DNA of 64,000 nt from assembly GCA_964016885.1 (NCBI GenBank), contig OZ024750.1, positions 39,928,001-39,992,000 of the forward strand. The letters are read 5' to 3'. This DNA is from Eledone cirrhosa. Lineage: Eukaryota. Every line of letters starts with the position of its first letter. The first letter of the stretch is position 1. The notes below the pieces were generated by a model that made no database searches, was not told where the DNA came from, and saw nothing but the letters and a program-made list of their open reading frames with translations. Positions 29,901-44,699 of this stretch are shown here, one piece after another. Made by a program: the position numbers and the translations under genes.

Positions 29901-32900
29901 TCTTTGTGTCTCGCTGTCCCACCGACCCTCAGTGTCTATAGACCCCCCCCCCCCAGTCATAGAAGCTTGTATTGTTTGTGTCTCGCTGTCCCACCGACCC
30001 TCAGTGTCTATAGACACCCCCCCCCAGTCATAGAAGCCTGTATTCTTTGTGTCTCGCTGTCCCACCGACCCTCAGTGTCTATAGACCCCCCCCCCAGTCA
30101 TAGAAGCTTGTATTGTTTGTGTCTCGCTGTCCCACCGACCCTCAGCGTCTATAGAAACCTCCCCCCGGTCATAGAAGCCTGTATTCTTTGTGTCTCGCTG
30201 TCCCACCGACCCTCAGTGTCTATAGACACCCCCCCCCCCAGTCATAGAAGCTTGTATTGTTTGTGTCTCGCTGTCCCACCGACCCTCAGCGTCTATAGAC
30301 ACCTCCCCCCAGTCATAGAAGCCTGTATTGTTTGTGTCTCGCTGTCCCACCGATCCTCAGCGTCTATAGACACCTCCCCCCAGTCATAGAAGCCTGTATT
30401 GTTTGTGTCTCGCTGTCCCACCGATCCTCAGCGGCTATAGACCCCTCCCCCCAGTCATAGAAGCCTGTATTTGTGTCTCGCTGTCCCACCGACCCTCAGC
30501 GTCTATAGACCTCTCCCCCCAGTCATAGAAGCCTGTATTGTTTGTGTCTCGCTGTCCCACCGACCCTCAGTGTCTATAGACACCTCCCCCCAGTCATAGA
30601 AGCCTGTATTCTTTGTGTCTCGCTGTCCCACCGACCCTCAGTGTCTATAGACACCTCCCCCCAGTCATAGAAGCCTGTATTGTTTGTGTCTCGCTGTTCC
30701 ACCGACCCTCAGCGTCTGTAGACCCCTCCCCCCAGTCATAGAAGCCTGTATTGTTTGTGTCTCGCTTTCCCACCGACCCTCAGCGTCTATAGACCCCTCC
30801 CCCCAGTCATAGAAGCCTGTATTGTTTGTGTCTCGCTGTCCCACCGACCCTCAGTGTCTATAGACCCCTCCCCCCAGTCATAGAAGCCTGTATTGTTTGT
30901 GTCTCGCTGTCCCACCGACCCTCAGTGTCTATAGACACCTCCCCCCAGTGATAGAAGCCTGTATTCTTTGTGTCTCGCTGTCCCACCGACCCTCAGCGTC
31001 TATAGACACCTCCCCCCAGTCATAGAAGCCTGTATTGTTTGTGTCTCGCTCTCCCACCGACACTCAGCGTCTATAGACACCTCCCCCCAGTTATAGAAGC
31101 CTGTATTCTTTGTGTCTCGCTGTCCCACCGACCCTCAGCGTCTATAGACACCTCCCCCCAGTCATAGAAGCCTGTATTCTTTGTGTCTCGCTGTCCCACC
31201 GACCCTCAGCGTCTAGAGACACCTCCCCCCAGTCATAGAAGCCTGTATTGTTTGTGTCTCGCTGTCCCACCGACCCTCAGCGTCTATAGACACCTCCCCC
31301 CAGTCATAGAAGCCTGTATTGTTTGTGTCTCGCTGTCCCTCCGAACCTCAGCGTCTATAGACACCTCCCCCCAGTCATAGAAGCCTGTATTGTTTGTGTC
31401 TCGCTGTCCCACCGACCCTCAGCGTCTATAGACACCTCCCACCAGTCATAGAAGCCTGTATTGTTTGTGTCTCGCTGTCCCTCCGAACCTCAGCGTCTAT
31501 AGACACCTCCCCCCAGTCATAGAAGCCTGTATTGTTTGTGTCTCGCTGTCCCACCGACCCTCAGCGTCTATAGACACCTCCCCCCAGTCATAGAAGCCTG
31601 TATTGTTTTTGTCTCGCTGTCCCACCGACCCTCTGTGTCTATAGACCCCCCCAGTCATAGAAGCTTGTATTGTTTGTGTCTCGCTGTCCCAGCGACCCTC
31701 AGTGTCTATAGACCCCCCCCCCAGTCATAGAAGCCTGTATTGTTTGTGTCTCTCTGTCCCACCGACCCTCAGTGTCTATAGACACCCCCCCAGTCATAGA
31801 AGCTTGTATTGTTTGTGTCTCGCTGTCCCACCGACACTCAGTGTCTATAGACCCCCCCCAGTCATAGAAGCCTGTATTGTTTGTGTCTCGCTGTCCCACC
31901 GACCCCCAGCGTTTATAGACACCTCCCCCCAGTCATAGAAGCCTGTATTGTTTGTGTCTCGCTGTCCCACCGACCCTCAGCGTCTATAGACACCTCCCCC
32001 CAGTTATAGAAGCCTGTATTCTTTGTGTCTCGCTGTCCCACCGACCCTCAGCGTCTATAGACACCTCCCCCCAGTCATAGAAGCCTGTATTGTTTGTGTC
32101 TCGCTGTCCCACCGACCCTCAGCGTCTATAGACACCTCCCCCCAGTCATAGAAGCCTGTATTGTTTGTGTCTCGCTGTCCCACCGACCCTCAGCGTCTAT
32201 AGACCCCTCCCCCCAGTCATGGAAGCCTGTATTGTTTGTGTCTCGCTGTCCCACCGACCCTCAGTGTCTATAGACCCCCCCCCAGTCATCGAAGCCTGTA
32301 TTGTTTGTGTCTCACTGTCCCACCAACCCTCAGTGTCTATAGACACCCCCCCCCCCAGTCATAGAAGCCTGTATTCTTTGTGTCTCGCTGTCCCACCGAC
32401 CCTCAGTGTCTATAGACCCCCCCCCCCCAGTCATAGAAGCTTGTATTGTTTGTGTCTCGCTGTCCCACCGACCCTCAGTGTCTATAGACACCCCCCCCAG
32501 TCATAGAAGCCTGTATTCTTTGTGTCTCGCTGTCCCACCGACCCTCAGTGTCTATAGACCCCCCCCCCCCAGTCATAGAAGCTTGTATTGTTTGTGTCTC
32601 GCTGTCCCACCGACCCTCAGCGTCTATAGAAACCTCACCCCGGTCATAGAAGCCTGTATTCTTTGTGTCTCGCTGTCCCACCGACCCTCAGTGTCTATAG
32701 ACACCCCCCCCCAGTCATAGAAGCTTGTATTGTTTGTGTCTCGCTGTCCCACCGACCCTCAGCGTCTATAGACACCTCCCCCCAGTCATAGAAGCCTGTA
32801 TTGTTTGTGTCTCGCTGTCCCACCGATCCTCAGCGTCTATAGACACCTCCCCCCAGTCATAGAAGCCTGTATTGTTTGTGTCTCGCTGTCCCACCGATCC

Positions 32901-33450
32901 TCAGCGGCTATAGACCCCTCCCCCCAGTCATAGAAGCCTGTATTTGTGTCTCGCTGTCCCACCGACCCTCAGCGTCTATAGACCTCTCCCCCCAGTCATA
33001 GAAGCCTGTATTGTTTGTGTCTCGCTGTCCCACCGACCCTCAGTGTCTATAGACACCTCCCCCCAGTCATAGAAGCCTGTATTCTTTGTGTCTCGCTGTC
33101 CCACCGACCCTCAGTGTCTATAGACACCTCCCCCCAGTCATAGAAGCCTGTATTGTTTGTGTCTCGCTGTTCCACCGACCCTCAGCGTCTGTAGACCCCT
33201 CCCCCCAGTCATAGAAGCCTGTATTGTTTGTGTCTCGCTTTCCCACCGACCCTCAGCGTCTATAGACCCCTCCCCCCAGTCATAGAAGCCTGTATTGTTT
33301 GTGTCTCGCTGTCCCACCGACCCTCAGCGTCTATAGACCCCTCCCCCCAGTCATAGAAGCCTGTATTGTTTGTGTCTCGCTGTCCCACCGACCCTCAGTG
33401 TCTATAGACACCTCCCCCCAGTGATAGAAGCCTGTATTCTTTGTGTCTCG
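20950..33450. repeat. Nested ~4.73-kb, ~1.9-kb and ~2.47-kb tandem duplications within the satellite
   Basis: CCCCTCAGTCATGG ~22038/26772 and TCTAGAGAC ~24007/28737 (4.73 kb). GCGGCTATA ~22736/24642 (1.9 kb). TCTAGAGAC ~28737/31212 and GCGGCTATA ~30431/32904 (2.47 kb). Confidence 0.85.
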
Positions 33451-36400
33451 CTGTCCCACCGACCCTCAGCGTCTATAGACCCCCCCCAGTCATAGAAGCT
33501 TGTATTCTTTGTGTCTCGCTGTCCCACCGACCCTCAGCGTCTATAGACCCCCCCCCCCAGTCATAGAAGCTTGTATTATTTGTGTCTCGCTGTCCCACCG
33601 ACCCTCAGTGTCTATAGACCCCCCAGTCATAGAAGCCTGTATTGTTTGTGTCTCGCTGTCCCACCGACCCTCAGCGTCTATAGACACCTCCCCCCAGTCA
33701 TGGAAGCCTGTATTCTTTGTGTCTCGCTGTCCCACCGACCCTCAGTGTCTATAGACACCCCCCCCCCAGTCATAGAAGCCTGTATTGTTTGTGTCTCGCT
33801 GTCCCACCGACCCTCAGCGTCTATAGACACCTCCCCCCAGTCATAGAAGCCTGTATTCTTTGTGTCTCGCTGTCCCACCGACCCTCAGTGTCTATAGACA
33901 CCCCCCCCAGTCATAGAAGCCTGTATTGTTTGTGTCTCGCTGTCCCACCGACCCTCAGCGTCTATAGACACCTCCCCCCAGTCATGGAAGCCTGTATTCT
34001 TTGTGTCTCGCTGTCCCACCGACCCTCAGTGTCTATAGACCCCCCCCCTAGTCATAGCAGCTTGTATTGTTTGTGTCTCGCTGTCCCACCGACCCTCAGT
34101 GTCTATAGACCCCCCCCCCAGTCATAGAAGCCTGTATTGTTTGTGTCTCGCTGTCCCACCGACCCTCAGCGTCTATAGACACCTCCCCACAGTCATAGAA
34201 GCCTGTATTGTTTGTGTCTCGCTGTCCCACCGACCCTCAGTGTCTATAGACCCCCCCCCCAGTCATAGAAGCCTGTATTGTTTGTGTCTCGCTGTCCCAC
34301 CGACCCTCAGTGTCTATAGACCCCCCCCCCAGTCATAGAAGCCTGTATTGTTTGTGTCTCGCTGTCCCACCGACCCTCAGCGTCTATAGACACCTCCCCC
34401 CAGTCATAGAAGCCTGTATTGTTTGTGTCTCGCTGTCCCACCGACCGTCAGTGTCTATAGACACCTCCCCCCCCCAGTCATAGAAGCCTGTATTGTTTGT
34501 GTCTCGCTGTCCCACCGACCCACAGCGTCTATAGACACCTCCCCCCAGTCATAGAAGCCTGTATTGTTTGTGTCTCGCTGTCCCACCGACCCTCAGTGTC
34601 TATAGACACCTCCCCCCCAGTCATAGAAGCCTGTATTGTTTGTGTCTCGCTGTGTCTATAGACACCTCCCCCCAGTCATAGAAGCCTGTATTGTTTGTGT
34701 CTCGCTGTCCCACCGACCCTCAGCGTCTATAGACACCTCCCCCCAGTCATAGAAGCCTGTATTGTTTGTGTCTCTCTGTCCCACCGACCCTCAGCGTCTA
34801 TAGACACCTCCCCCTCCCCCAGTCATAGAAGCCTGTATTGTTTGTGTCTCGCTGTCCCACCGTCCCTCGGCGTCTATAGACACCTCCCCCCAGTCATAGA
34901 AGCCTGTATTGTTTGTGTCTCGCTGTCCCGCCGACCCTCAGCGTCTATAGACCCCCCCCCCAGTCATAGAAGCCTGTATTGTTTGTGTCTCGCTGTCCCA
35001 CCGACCCTCGGCGTCTATAGATGCCTCTCCCCAGTCATAGAAGCTTGTATTGTTTGTGTCTCGCTGTCCCACCGACCCTCAGCGTCTATAGACACCTCCC
35101 CCCAGTCATAGAAGCCTGTATTCTTTGTGTCTCGCTGTCCCACCGACCCTCAGTGTCTATAGACACCTCCCCCCAGTCATAGAAGCCTGTATTCTTTGTG
35201 TCTCGCTGTCCCACCGACCCTCAGCGTCTATAGACCCCCCCAGTCATAGAAGCCTGTATTGTTTGTGTCTCGCTGTCCCACCGACCCTCGGCGTCTATAG
35301 ACACCTCCCCCCAGTCATAGAAGCTTGTATTGTTTGTCTCGCTGTCCCACCGACCCTCAGCGTCTATAGACACCTCCCCCCAGTCATAGAAGCCTGTATT
35401 CTTTGTGTCTCGCTGTCCCACCGACCCTCAGTGTCTATAGACCCCCCCCCCAGTCATAGAAGCCTGTATTGTTTGTGTCTCGCTGTCCCACCGACCCTCA
35501 GCGTCTATAGACACCTCCCCCCAGTCATAGAAGCCTGTATTGTTTGTGTCTCGCTGTCCCACCGACCTTCAGCGTCTATAGACACCTCCCCCCAGTTATA
35601 GAAGCCTGTATTCTTTGTGTCTCGCTGTCCCACCGACCCTCAGCGTCTATAGACACCTCCCCCCAGTCATAGAAGCCTGTATTGTTTGTGTCTCGCTGTC
35701 CCACCGACCCTCAGCGTCTATAGACACCTCTCCCCCGTTATAGAAGCCTGTATTCTTTGTGTCTCGCTGTCCCACCGACCCTCAGCGTCTATAGACACCT
35801 CCCCCCAGTCATAGAAGCCTGTATTCTTTGTGTCTCGCTGTCCCACCGACCCTCAGCGTCTATAGACACCTCCCCCCAGTGATAGAAGCCTGTATTGTTT
35901 GTGTCTCGCTGTCCCACCGACCCTCAGCGTCTATAGACACCTCCCCCCAGTCATAGAAGCCTGTATTGTTTGTGTCTCGCTGTCCCTCCGAACCTCAGCG
36001 TCGAAAGACACCTCCCCCCAGTCATAGAAGCCTGTATTGTTTGTGTCTCGCTGTCCCACCGACCCTCAGCGTCTATAGACCCCCCCCCCCAGTCATAGAA
36101 GCCTGTATTGTTTGTGTCTCGCTGTCCCACCGACCCTCAGTGTCTATAGACACCTCCCCCCAGTCATAGAAGCCTGTATTGTTTGTGTCTCGCTGTCCCA
36201 CCGACCCTCAGCGTCTATAGACCCCCCCCCCCCAGTCATAGAAGCCTGTATTGTTTGTGTCTCGCTGTCCCACCGAACCTCAGCGTCAATAGACACCTCC
36301 CCCCAGTCATAGAAGCCTGTATTGTTTGTGTCTCTCTGTCCCACCGACCCTCAGCGTCTATAGACACCTCCCCCTCCACCAGTCATAGAAGCCTGTATTG

Positions 36401-39400
36401 TTTGTGTCTCGCTGTCCCACCGACCCTCGGCGTCTATAGACACCTCCCCCCAGTCATAGAAGCCTGTATTGTTTGTGTCTCGCTGTCCCACCGACCCTCA
36501 GCGTCTATAGACCCCCCCCCCAGTCATAGAAGCCTGTATTGTTTGTGTCTCGCTGTCCCACCGACCCTCGGCGTCTATAGACACCTCCCCCCAGTCATAG
36601 AAGCTTGTATTGTTTGTGTCTCGCTGTCCCACCGACCCTCAGCGTCTATAGACACCTCCCCCCAGTCATAGAAGCCTGTATTCTTTGTGTCTCGCTGTCC
36701 CACCGACCCTCAGTGTCTATAGACACCTCCCCCCAGTCATAGAAGCCTGTATTCTTTGTGTCTCGCTGTCCCACCGACCCTCAGCGTCTATAGACCCCCC
36801 CCCCAGTCATAGAAGCCTGTATTGTTTGTGTCTCGCTGTCCCACCGACCCTCGGCGTCTATAGACACCTCCCCCCAGTCATAGAAGCTTGTATTGTTTGT
36901 CTCGCTGTCCCACCGACCCTCAGCGTCTATAGACACCTCCCCCCAGTCATAGAAGCCTGTATTCTTTGTGTCTCGCTGTCCCACCGACCCTCAGTGTCTA
37001 TAGACCCCCCCCCCCCCCAGTCATAGAAGCCTGTATTGTTTGTGTCTCGCTGTCCCACCGACCCTCAGCGTCTATAGACACCTCCCCCCAGTCATAGAAG
37101 CCTGTATTGTTTGTGTCTCGCTGTCCCTCCGAACCTCAGCGTCTATAGACACCTCCCCCCAGTCATAGAAGCCTGTATTGTTTGTGTCTCGCTGTCCCTC
37201 CGAACCTCAGCGTCTATAGACACCTCCCCCCAGTTATAGAAGCCTGTATTCTTTGTGTCTCGCTGTCCCACCGACCCTCAGCGTCTATAGACACCTCCCC
37301 CCAGTCATAGAAGCCTGTATTGTTTGTGTCTCGCTGTCCCACCGACCCTCAGCGTCTATAGACACCTCCCCCCGTTATAGAAGCCTGTATTCTTTGTGTC
37401 TCGCTGTCCCACCGACCCTCAGCGTCTATAGACACCTCCCCCCAGTCATAGAAGCCTGTATTCTTTGTGTCTCGCTGTCCCACCGACCCTCAGCGTCTAT
37501 AGACACCTCCCCCCAGTCATAGAAGCCTGTATTGTTTGTGTCTCGCTGTCCCACCGACCCTCAGCGTCTATAGACACCTCCCCCCAGTCATAGAAGCCTG
37601 TATTGTTTGTGTCTCGCTGTCCCTCCGAACCTCAGCGTCTATAGACACCTCCCCCCAGTCATAGAAGCCTGTATTGTTTGTGTCTCGCTGTCCCTCCGAA
37701 CCTCAGCGTCTATAGACACCTCCCCCTTGTCATAGAAGCCTGTATTGTTTGTGTCTCGCTGTCCCACCGACCCTCAGCGTCTATAGACACCTCCCCCCAG
37801 TCATAGAAGCCTGTATTGTTTGTGTCTCGCTCTCCCACCGACACTCAGCGTCTATAGACACCTCCCCCCAGTTATAGAAGCCTGTATTCTTTGTGTCTCG
37901 CTGTCCCACCGACCCTCAGCGTCTATAGACACCTCCCCCCAGTCATAGAAGCCTGTATTCTTTGTGTCTCGCTGTCCCATCGACCCTCAGCGTCTATAGA
38001 CACCTCCCCCCAGTCATAGAAGCCTGTATTGTTTGTGTCTCGCTGTCCCACCGACCCTCAGCGTCTATAGACACCTCCCCCCAGTCATAGAAGCCTGTAT
38101 TGTTTGTGTCTCGCTGTTCCACCGACCCTCAGCGTCTATAGACCCCTCCCCTCAGTCATGGAAGCCTGTATTGTTTGTGTCTCGCTGTCCCACCGACCCT
38201 CAGTGTCTATAGACCCCCCCCCCCAGTCATAGAAGCCTGTATTGTTTGTGTCTCACTGTCCCACCGACCCTCAGTGTCTATAGACACCCCCCCCCAGTCA
38301 TAGAAGCCTGTATTCTTTGTGTCTCGCTGTCCCACCGACCCTCAGTGTCTATAGACACCCCCCGCCCAGTCATAGAAGATTGTATTGTTTGTGTCTCGCT
38401 GTCCCACCGACCCTCAGTGTCTATAGACACCCCCCCCCAGTCAAGGAAGCCTGTATTCTTTGTGTCTCGCTGTCCCACCGACCCTCAGTGTCTATAGACA
38501 CCCCCCCCCCCAGTCATAGAAGCTTGTATTGTTTGTGTCTCGCTGTCCCACCGACCCTCAGCGTCTATAGACACCTCCCCCCGGTCATAGAAGCCTGTAT
38601 TCTTTGTGTCTCGCTGTCCCACCGACCCTCAGTGTCTATAGACACCCCCCCCAGTCATAGAAGCTTGTATTGTTTGTGTCTCGCTGTCCCACCGACCCTC
38701 AGCGTCTATAGACACCTCCCCCCAGTCATAGAAGCCTGTATTGTTTGTGTCTCGCTGTCCCACCGATCCTCAGCGTCTATAGACACCTCCCCCCAGTCAT
38801 AGAAGCCTGTATTGTTTGTGTCTCGCTGTCCCACCGATCCTCAGCGGCTATAGACCCCTCCCCCCAGTCATAGAAGCCTGTATTTGTGTCTCGCTGTCCC
38901 ACCGACCATCAGCGTCTATAGACCTCTCCCCCCAGTCATAGAAGCCTGTATTGTTTGTGTCTCGCTGTCCCACCGACCCTCAGTGTCTATAGACACCTCC
39001 CCCCAGTCATAGAAGCCTGTATTCTTTGTGTCTCGCTGGCCCACCGACCCTCAGTGTCTATAGACACCTCCCCCCAGTCATAGAAGCCTGTATTGTTTGT
39101 GTCTCGCTGTTCCACCGACCCTCAGCGTCTGTAGACCCCTCCCCCCAGTCATAGAAGCCTGTATTGTTTGTGTCTCGCTTTCCCACCGACCCTCAGCGTC
39201 TATAGACCCCTCCCCCCAGTCATAGAAGCCTGTATTGTTTGTGTCTCGCTGTCCCACCGACCCTCAGCGTCTATAGACACCTCCCCCCAGTCATAGAAGC
39301 CTGTATTGTTTGTGTCTCGCTGTCCCACCGACCCTCAACGTCTATAGACACCTCCCCCCAGTCATAGAAGCCTGTATTGTTTGTGTCTCGCTGTCCCACC

Positions 39401-42400
39401 GAACCTCAGTGTCTATAGACACCTCCACCAGTCATAGAAGCCTGTATTCTTTATGTCTCGCTGTCCCACCGACCCTCAGTGTCTATAGACACCCCCCCCC
39501 CAGTCATAGAAGCCTGTATTCTTTGTGTCTCGCTGTCCCACCGACCCTCAGCGTCTATAGACCCCCCCCCAGTCATAGAAGCTTGTATTCTTTGTGTCTC
39601 GCTGTCCCACCGACCCTCAGCGTCTATAGACACCTCCCCCTAGTCATAGAAGCCTGTATTATTTGTGTCTCGCTGTCCCACCGACCCTCAGTGTCTATAG
39701 ACCCCCCAGTCATAGAAGCCTGTATTGTTTGTGTCTCGCTGTCCCTCCGAACCTCAGCGTCTATAGACACCTCCCCCCAGTCATAGAAGCCTGTATTGTT
39801 TGTGTCTCGCTGTCCCACCGACCCTCAGCGTCTATAGACACCTCCCACCAGTCATAGAAGCCTGTATTGTTTGTGTCTCGCTGTCCCTCCGAACCTCAGC
39901 GTCTATAGACACCCCCCCCAGTCATAGAAGCCTGTATTGTTTGTGTCTCGCTGTCCCACCGACCCTCAGCGTCTATAGACACCTCCCCCCAGTTATAGAA
40001 GCCTGTATTGTTTGTGTCTCGCTGTCCCACCGACCCTCAGCGTCTATAGACACCTCCCCCCAGTCATAGAAGCCTGTATTGTTTGTGTCTCGCTGTCCCA
40101 CCGACCCTCAGCGTCTATAGACACCTCCCCCCAGTTATAGAAGCCTGTATTGTTTGTGTCTCGCTGTCCCACCGACCCTCAGCGTCTATAGACACCTCCC
40201 CCCAGTCATAGAAGCCTGTATTGTTTGTGTCTCGCTGTCCCTCCGAACCTCAGCGTCTATAGACACCTCCCCCCAGTCATAGAAGCCTGTATTGTTTGTG
40301 TCTCGCTGTCCCTCCGAACCTCAGCGTCTATAGACACCTCCCCCTTGTCATAGAAGCCTGTATTGTTTGTGTCTCGCTGTCCCACCGACCCTCAGCGTCT
40401 ATAGACACCTCCCCCCAGTCATAGAAGCCTGTATTGTTTGTGTCTCGCTCTCCCACCGACACTCAGCGTCTATAGACACCTCCCCCCAGTTATAGAAGCC
40501 TGTATTCTTTGTGTCTCGCTGTCCCACCGACCCTCAGCGTCTATAGACACCTCCCCCCAGTCATAGAAGCCTGTATTCTTTGTGTCTCGCTGTCCCATCG
40601 ACCCTCAGCGTCTATAGACACCTCCCCCCAGTCATAGAAGCCTGTATTGTTTGTGTCTCGCTGTCCCACCGACCCTCAGCGTCTATAGACACCTCCCCCC
40701 AGTCATAGAAGCCTGTATTGTTTGTGTCTCGCTGTCCCACCGACCCTCAGCGTCTATAGACACCTCCCCCCAGTCATAGAAGCCTGTATTGTTTGTGTCT
40801 CGCTGTCCCTCCGAACCTCAGCGTCTATAGACACCTCCCCCCAGTCATAGAAGCCTGTATTGTTTGTGTCTCGCTGTCCCACCGACCCTCAGCGTCTATA
40901 GACACCTCCCCCCAGTCATAGAAGCCTGTATTGTTTGTGTCTCGCTGTCCCACCGACCCTCAGTGTCTATAGACCCCCCCCAGTCATAGAAGCTTGTATT
41001 GTTTGTGTCTCGCTGTCCCACCGACCCTCAGTGTCTATAGACCCCCCCCCCCCAGTCATAGAAGCCTGTATTGTTTGTGTCTCGCTGTCCCACCGACCCT
41101 CAGTGTCTATAGACCCCCCCCCAGTCATAGAAGCTTGTATTGTTTGTGTCTCGCTGTCCCACCGACACTCAGTGTCTATAGACCCCCCCCCCAGTCATAG
41201 AAGCCTGTATTGTTTGTGTCTCGCTGTCCCACCGACCCTCAGCGTCTATAGACACCTCCCCCCAGTCATAGAAGCCTGTATTGTTTGTGTCTCGCTGTCC
41301 CACCGACCCTCAGCGTCTATAGACACCTCCCCCCAGTTATAGAAGCCTGTATTCTTTGTATCTCGCTGTCCCACCGACCCTCAGCGTCTATAGACACCTC
41401 CCCCCAGTCATAGAAGCCTGTATTGTTTGTGTCTCGCTGTCCCACCGACCCTCAGCGTCTATAGACACCTCCCCCCAGTCATAGAAGCCTGTATTGTTTG
41501 TGTCTCGCTGTTCCACCGACCCTCAGCGTCTATAGACCCCTCCCCTCAGTCATGGAAGCCTGTATTGTTTGTGTCTCGCTGTCCACCGACCCTCAGTGTC
41601 TATAGACCCCCCCCCCCAGTCATAGAAGCCTGTATTGTTTGTGTCTCACTGTCCCACCGACCCTCAGTGTCTATAGACACACCCCCCAGTCATAGAAGCC
41701 TGTATTCTTTGTGTCTCGCTGTCCCACCGACCCTCAGTGTCTATAGACACCCCCCGCCCAGTCATAGAAGATTGTATTGTTTGTGTCTCGCTGTCCCACC
41801 GACCCTCAGTGTCTATAGACACCCCCCCCCCCCAGTCATAGAAGCCTGTATTCTTTGTGTCTCGCTGTTCCACCGACCCTCAGTGTCTATAGACACCCCC
41901 CCCCCCCCAGTCATAGAAGCTTGTATTGTTTGTGTCTCGCTGTCCCACCGACCCTCAGCGTCTATAGACACCTCCCCCCGGTCATAGAAGCCTGTATTCT
42001 TTGTGTCTCGCTGTCCCACCGACCCTCAGTGTCTATAGACACCCCCCCCCCAGTCATAGAAGCTTGTATTGTTTGTGTCTCGCTGTCCCACCGACCCTCA
42101 GCGTCTATAGACACCTCCCCCCAGTCATAGAAGCCTGTATTGTTTGTGTCTCGCTGTCCCACCGATCCTCGGCGTCTATAGACACCTCCCCCCAGTCATA
42201 GAAGCCTGTATTGTTTGTGTCTCGCTGTCCCACCGATCCTCAGCGGCTATAGACCCCTCCCCCCAGTCATAGAAGCCTGTATTTGTGTCTCGCTGTCCCA
42301 CCGACCATCAGCGTCTATAGACCTCTCCCCCCAGTCATAGAAGCCTGTATTGTTTGTGTCTCGCTGTCCCACCGACCCTCAGTGTCTATAGACACCTCCC

Positions 42401-44699
42401 CCCAGTCATAGAAGCCTGTATTCTTTGTGTCTCGCTGGCCCACCGACCCTCAGTGTCTATAGACACCTCCCCCCAGTCATAGAAGCCTGTATTGTTTGTG
42501 TCTCGCTGTTCCACCGACCCTCAGCGTCTGTAGACCCCTCCCCCAGTCATAGAAGCCTGTATTGTTTGTGTCTCGCTTTCCCACCGACCCTCAGCGTCTA
42601 TAGACCCCTCCCCCCAGTCATAGAAGCCTGTATTGTTTGTGTCTCGCTGTCCCACCGACCCTCAGCATCTATAGACCCCTCCCCCCAGTCATAGAAGCCT
42701 GTATTGTTTGTGTCTCGCTGTCCCACCGACCCTCAACGTCTATAGACACCTCCCCCCAGTCATAGAAGCCTGTATTGTTTGTGTCTCGCTGTCCCACCGA
42801 ACCTCAGTGTCTATAGACACCTCCACCAGTCATAGAAGCCTGTATTCTTTATGTCTCGCTGTCCCACCGACCCTCAGTGTCTATAGACACCCCCCCCAGT
42901 CATAGAAGCCTGTATTCTTTGTGTCTCGCTGTCCCACCGACCCTCAGCGTCTATAGACCCCCCCCCCCCAGTCATAGAAGCTTGTATTCTTTGTGTCTCG
43001 CTGTCCCACCGACCCTCAGCGTCTATAGACACCTCCCCCTAGTCATAGAAGCCTGTATTATTTGTGTCTCGCTGTCCCACCGACCCTCAGTGTCTATAGA
43101 CCCCCCAGTCATAGAAGCCTGTATTGTTTGTGTCTCGCTGTCCCACCGACCCTCAGCGTCTATAGACACCTCCCCCCAGTCATAGAAGCCTGTATTGTTT
43201 GTGTCTCGCTGTCCCTCCGAACCTCAGCGTCTATAGACACCTCCCCCCAGTCATAGAAGCCTGTATTGTTTGTGTCTCGCTGTCCCACCGACCCTCAGCG
43301 TCTATAGACACCTCCCCCCAGTCATAGAAGCCTGTATTGTTTGTGTCTCGCTCTCCCACCGACACTCAGCGTCTATAGACACCTCCCCCCAGTTATAGAA
43401 GCCTGTATTCTTTGTGTCTCGCTGTCCCACCGACCCTCAGCGTCTATAGACACCTCCCCCCAGTCATAGAAGCCTGTATTCTTTGTGTCTCGCTGTCCCA
43501 CCGACCCTCAGCGTCTAGAGACACCTCCCCCCAGTCATAGAAGCCTGTATTGTTTGTGTCTCGCTGTCCCACCGACCCTCAGCGTCTATAGACACCTCCC
43601 CCCAGTCATAGAAGCCTGTATTGTTTGTGTCTCGCTGTCCCTCCGAACCTCAGCGTCTATAGACACCTCCCCCCAGTCATAGAAGCCTGTATTGTTTGTG
43701 TCTCGCTGTCCCACCGACCCTCAGCGTCTATAGACACCTCCCACCAGTCATAGAAGCCTGTATTGTTTGTGTCTCGCTGTCCCTCCGAACCTCAGCGTCT
43801 ATAGACACCTCCCCCCAGTCATAGAAGCCTGTATTGTTTGTGTCTCGCTGTCCCACCGACTCTCAGCGTCTATAGACACCTCCCCCCAGTCATAGAAGCC
43901 TGTATTGTTTTTGTCTCGCTGTCCCACCGACCCTCTGTGTCTATAGACCCCCCCCCCCCCCCAGTCATAGAAGCTTGTATTGTTTGTGTCTCGCTGTCCC
44001 AGCGACCCTCAGTGTCTAAAGACCCCCCCCCCAGTCATAGAAGCCTGTATTGTTTGTGTCTCGCTGTCCCACCGACCCTCAGTGTCTATAGACACCCCCC
44101 CAGTCATAGAAGCTTGTATTGTTTGTGTCTCGCTGTCCCACCGACACTCAGTGTCTATAGACCCCCCCCCCAGTCATAGAAGCCTGTATTGTTTGTGTCT
44201 CGCTGTCCCACCGACCCCCAGCGTCTATAGACACCTCCCCCCAGTCATAGAAGCCTGTATTGTTTGTGTCTCGCTGTCCCACCGACCCTCAGCGTCTATA
44301 GACACCTCCCCCCAGTTATAGAAGCCTGTATTCTTTGTGTCTCGCTGTCCCACCGACCCTCAGCGTCTATAGACACCTCCCCCCAGTCATAGAAGCCTGT
44401 ATTGTTTGTGTCTCGCTGTCCCACCGACCCTCAGCGTCTATAGACACCTCCCCCCAGTCATAGAAGCCTGTATTGTTTGTGTCTCGCTGTCCCACCGACC
44501 CTCAGCGTCTATAGGCCCCTCCCCCCAGTCATGGAAGCCTGTATTGTTTGTGTCTCGCTGTCCCACCGACCCTCAGTGTCTATAGACCCCCCCCCCCAGT
44601 CATCGAAGCCTGTATTGTTTGTGTCTCACTGTCCCACCAACCCTCAGTGTCTATAGACACCCCCCCCCCAGTCATAGAAGCCTGTATTCTTTGTGTCTC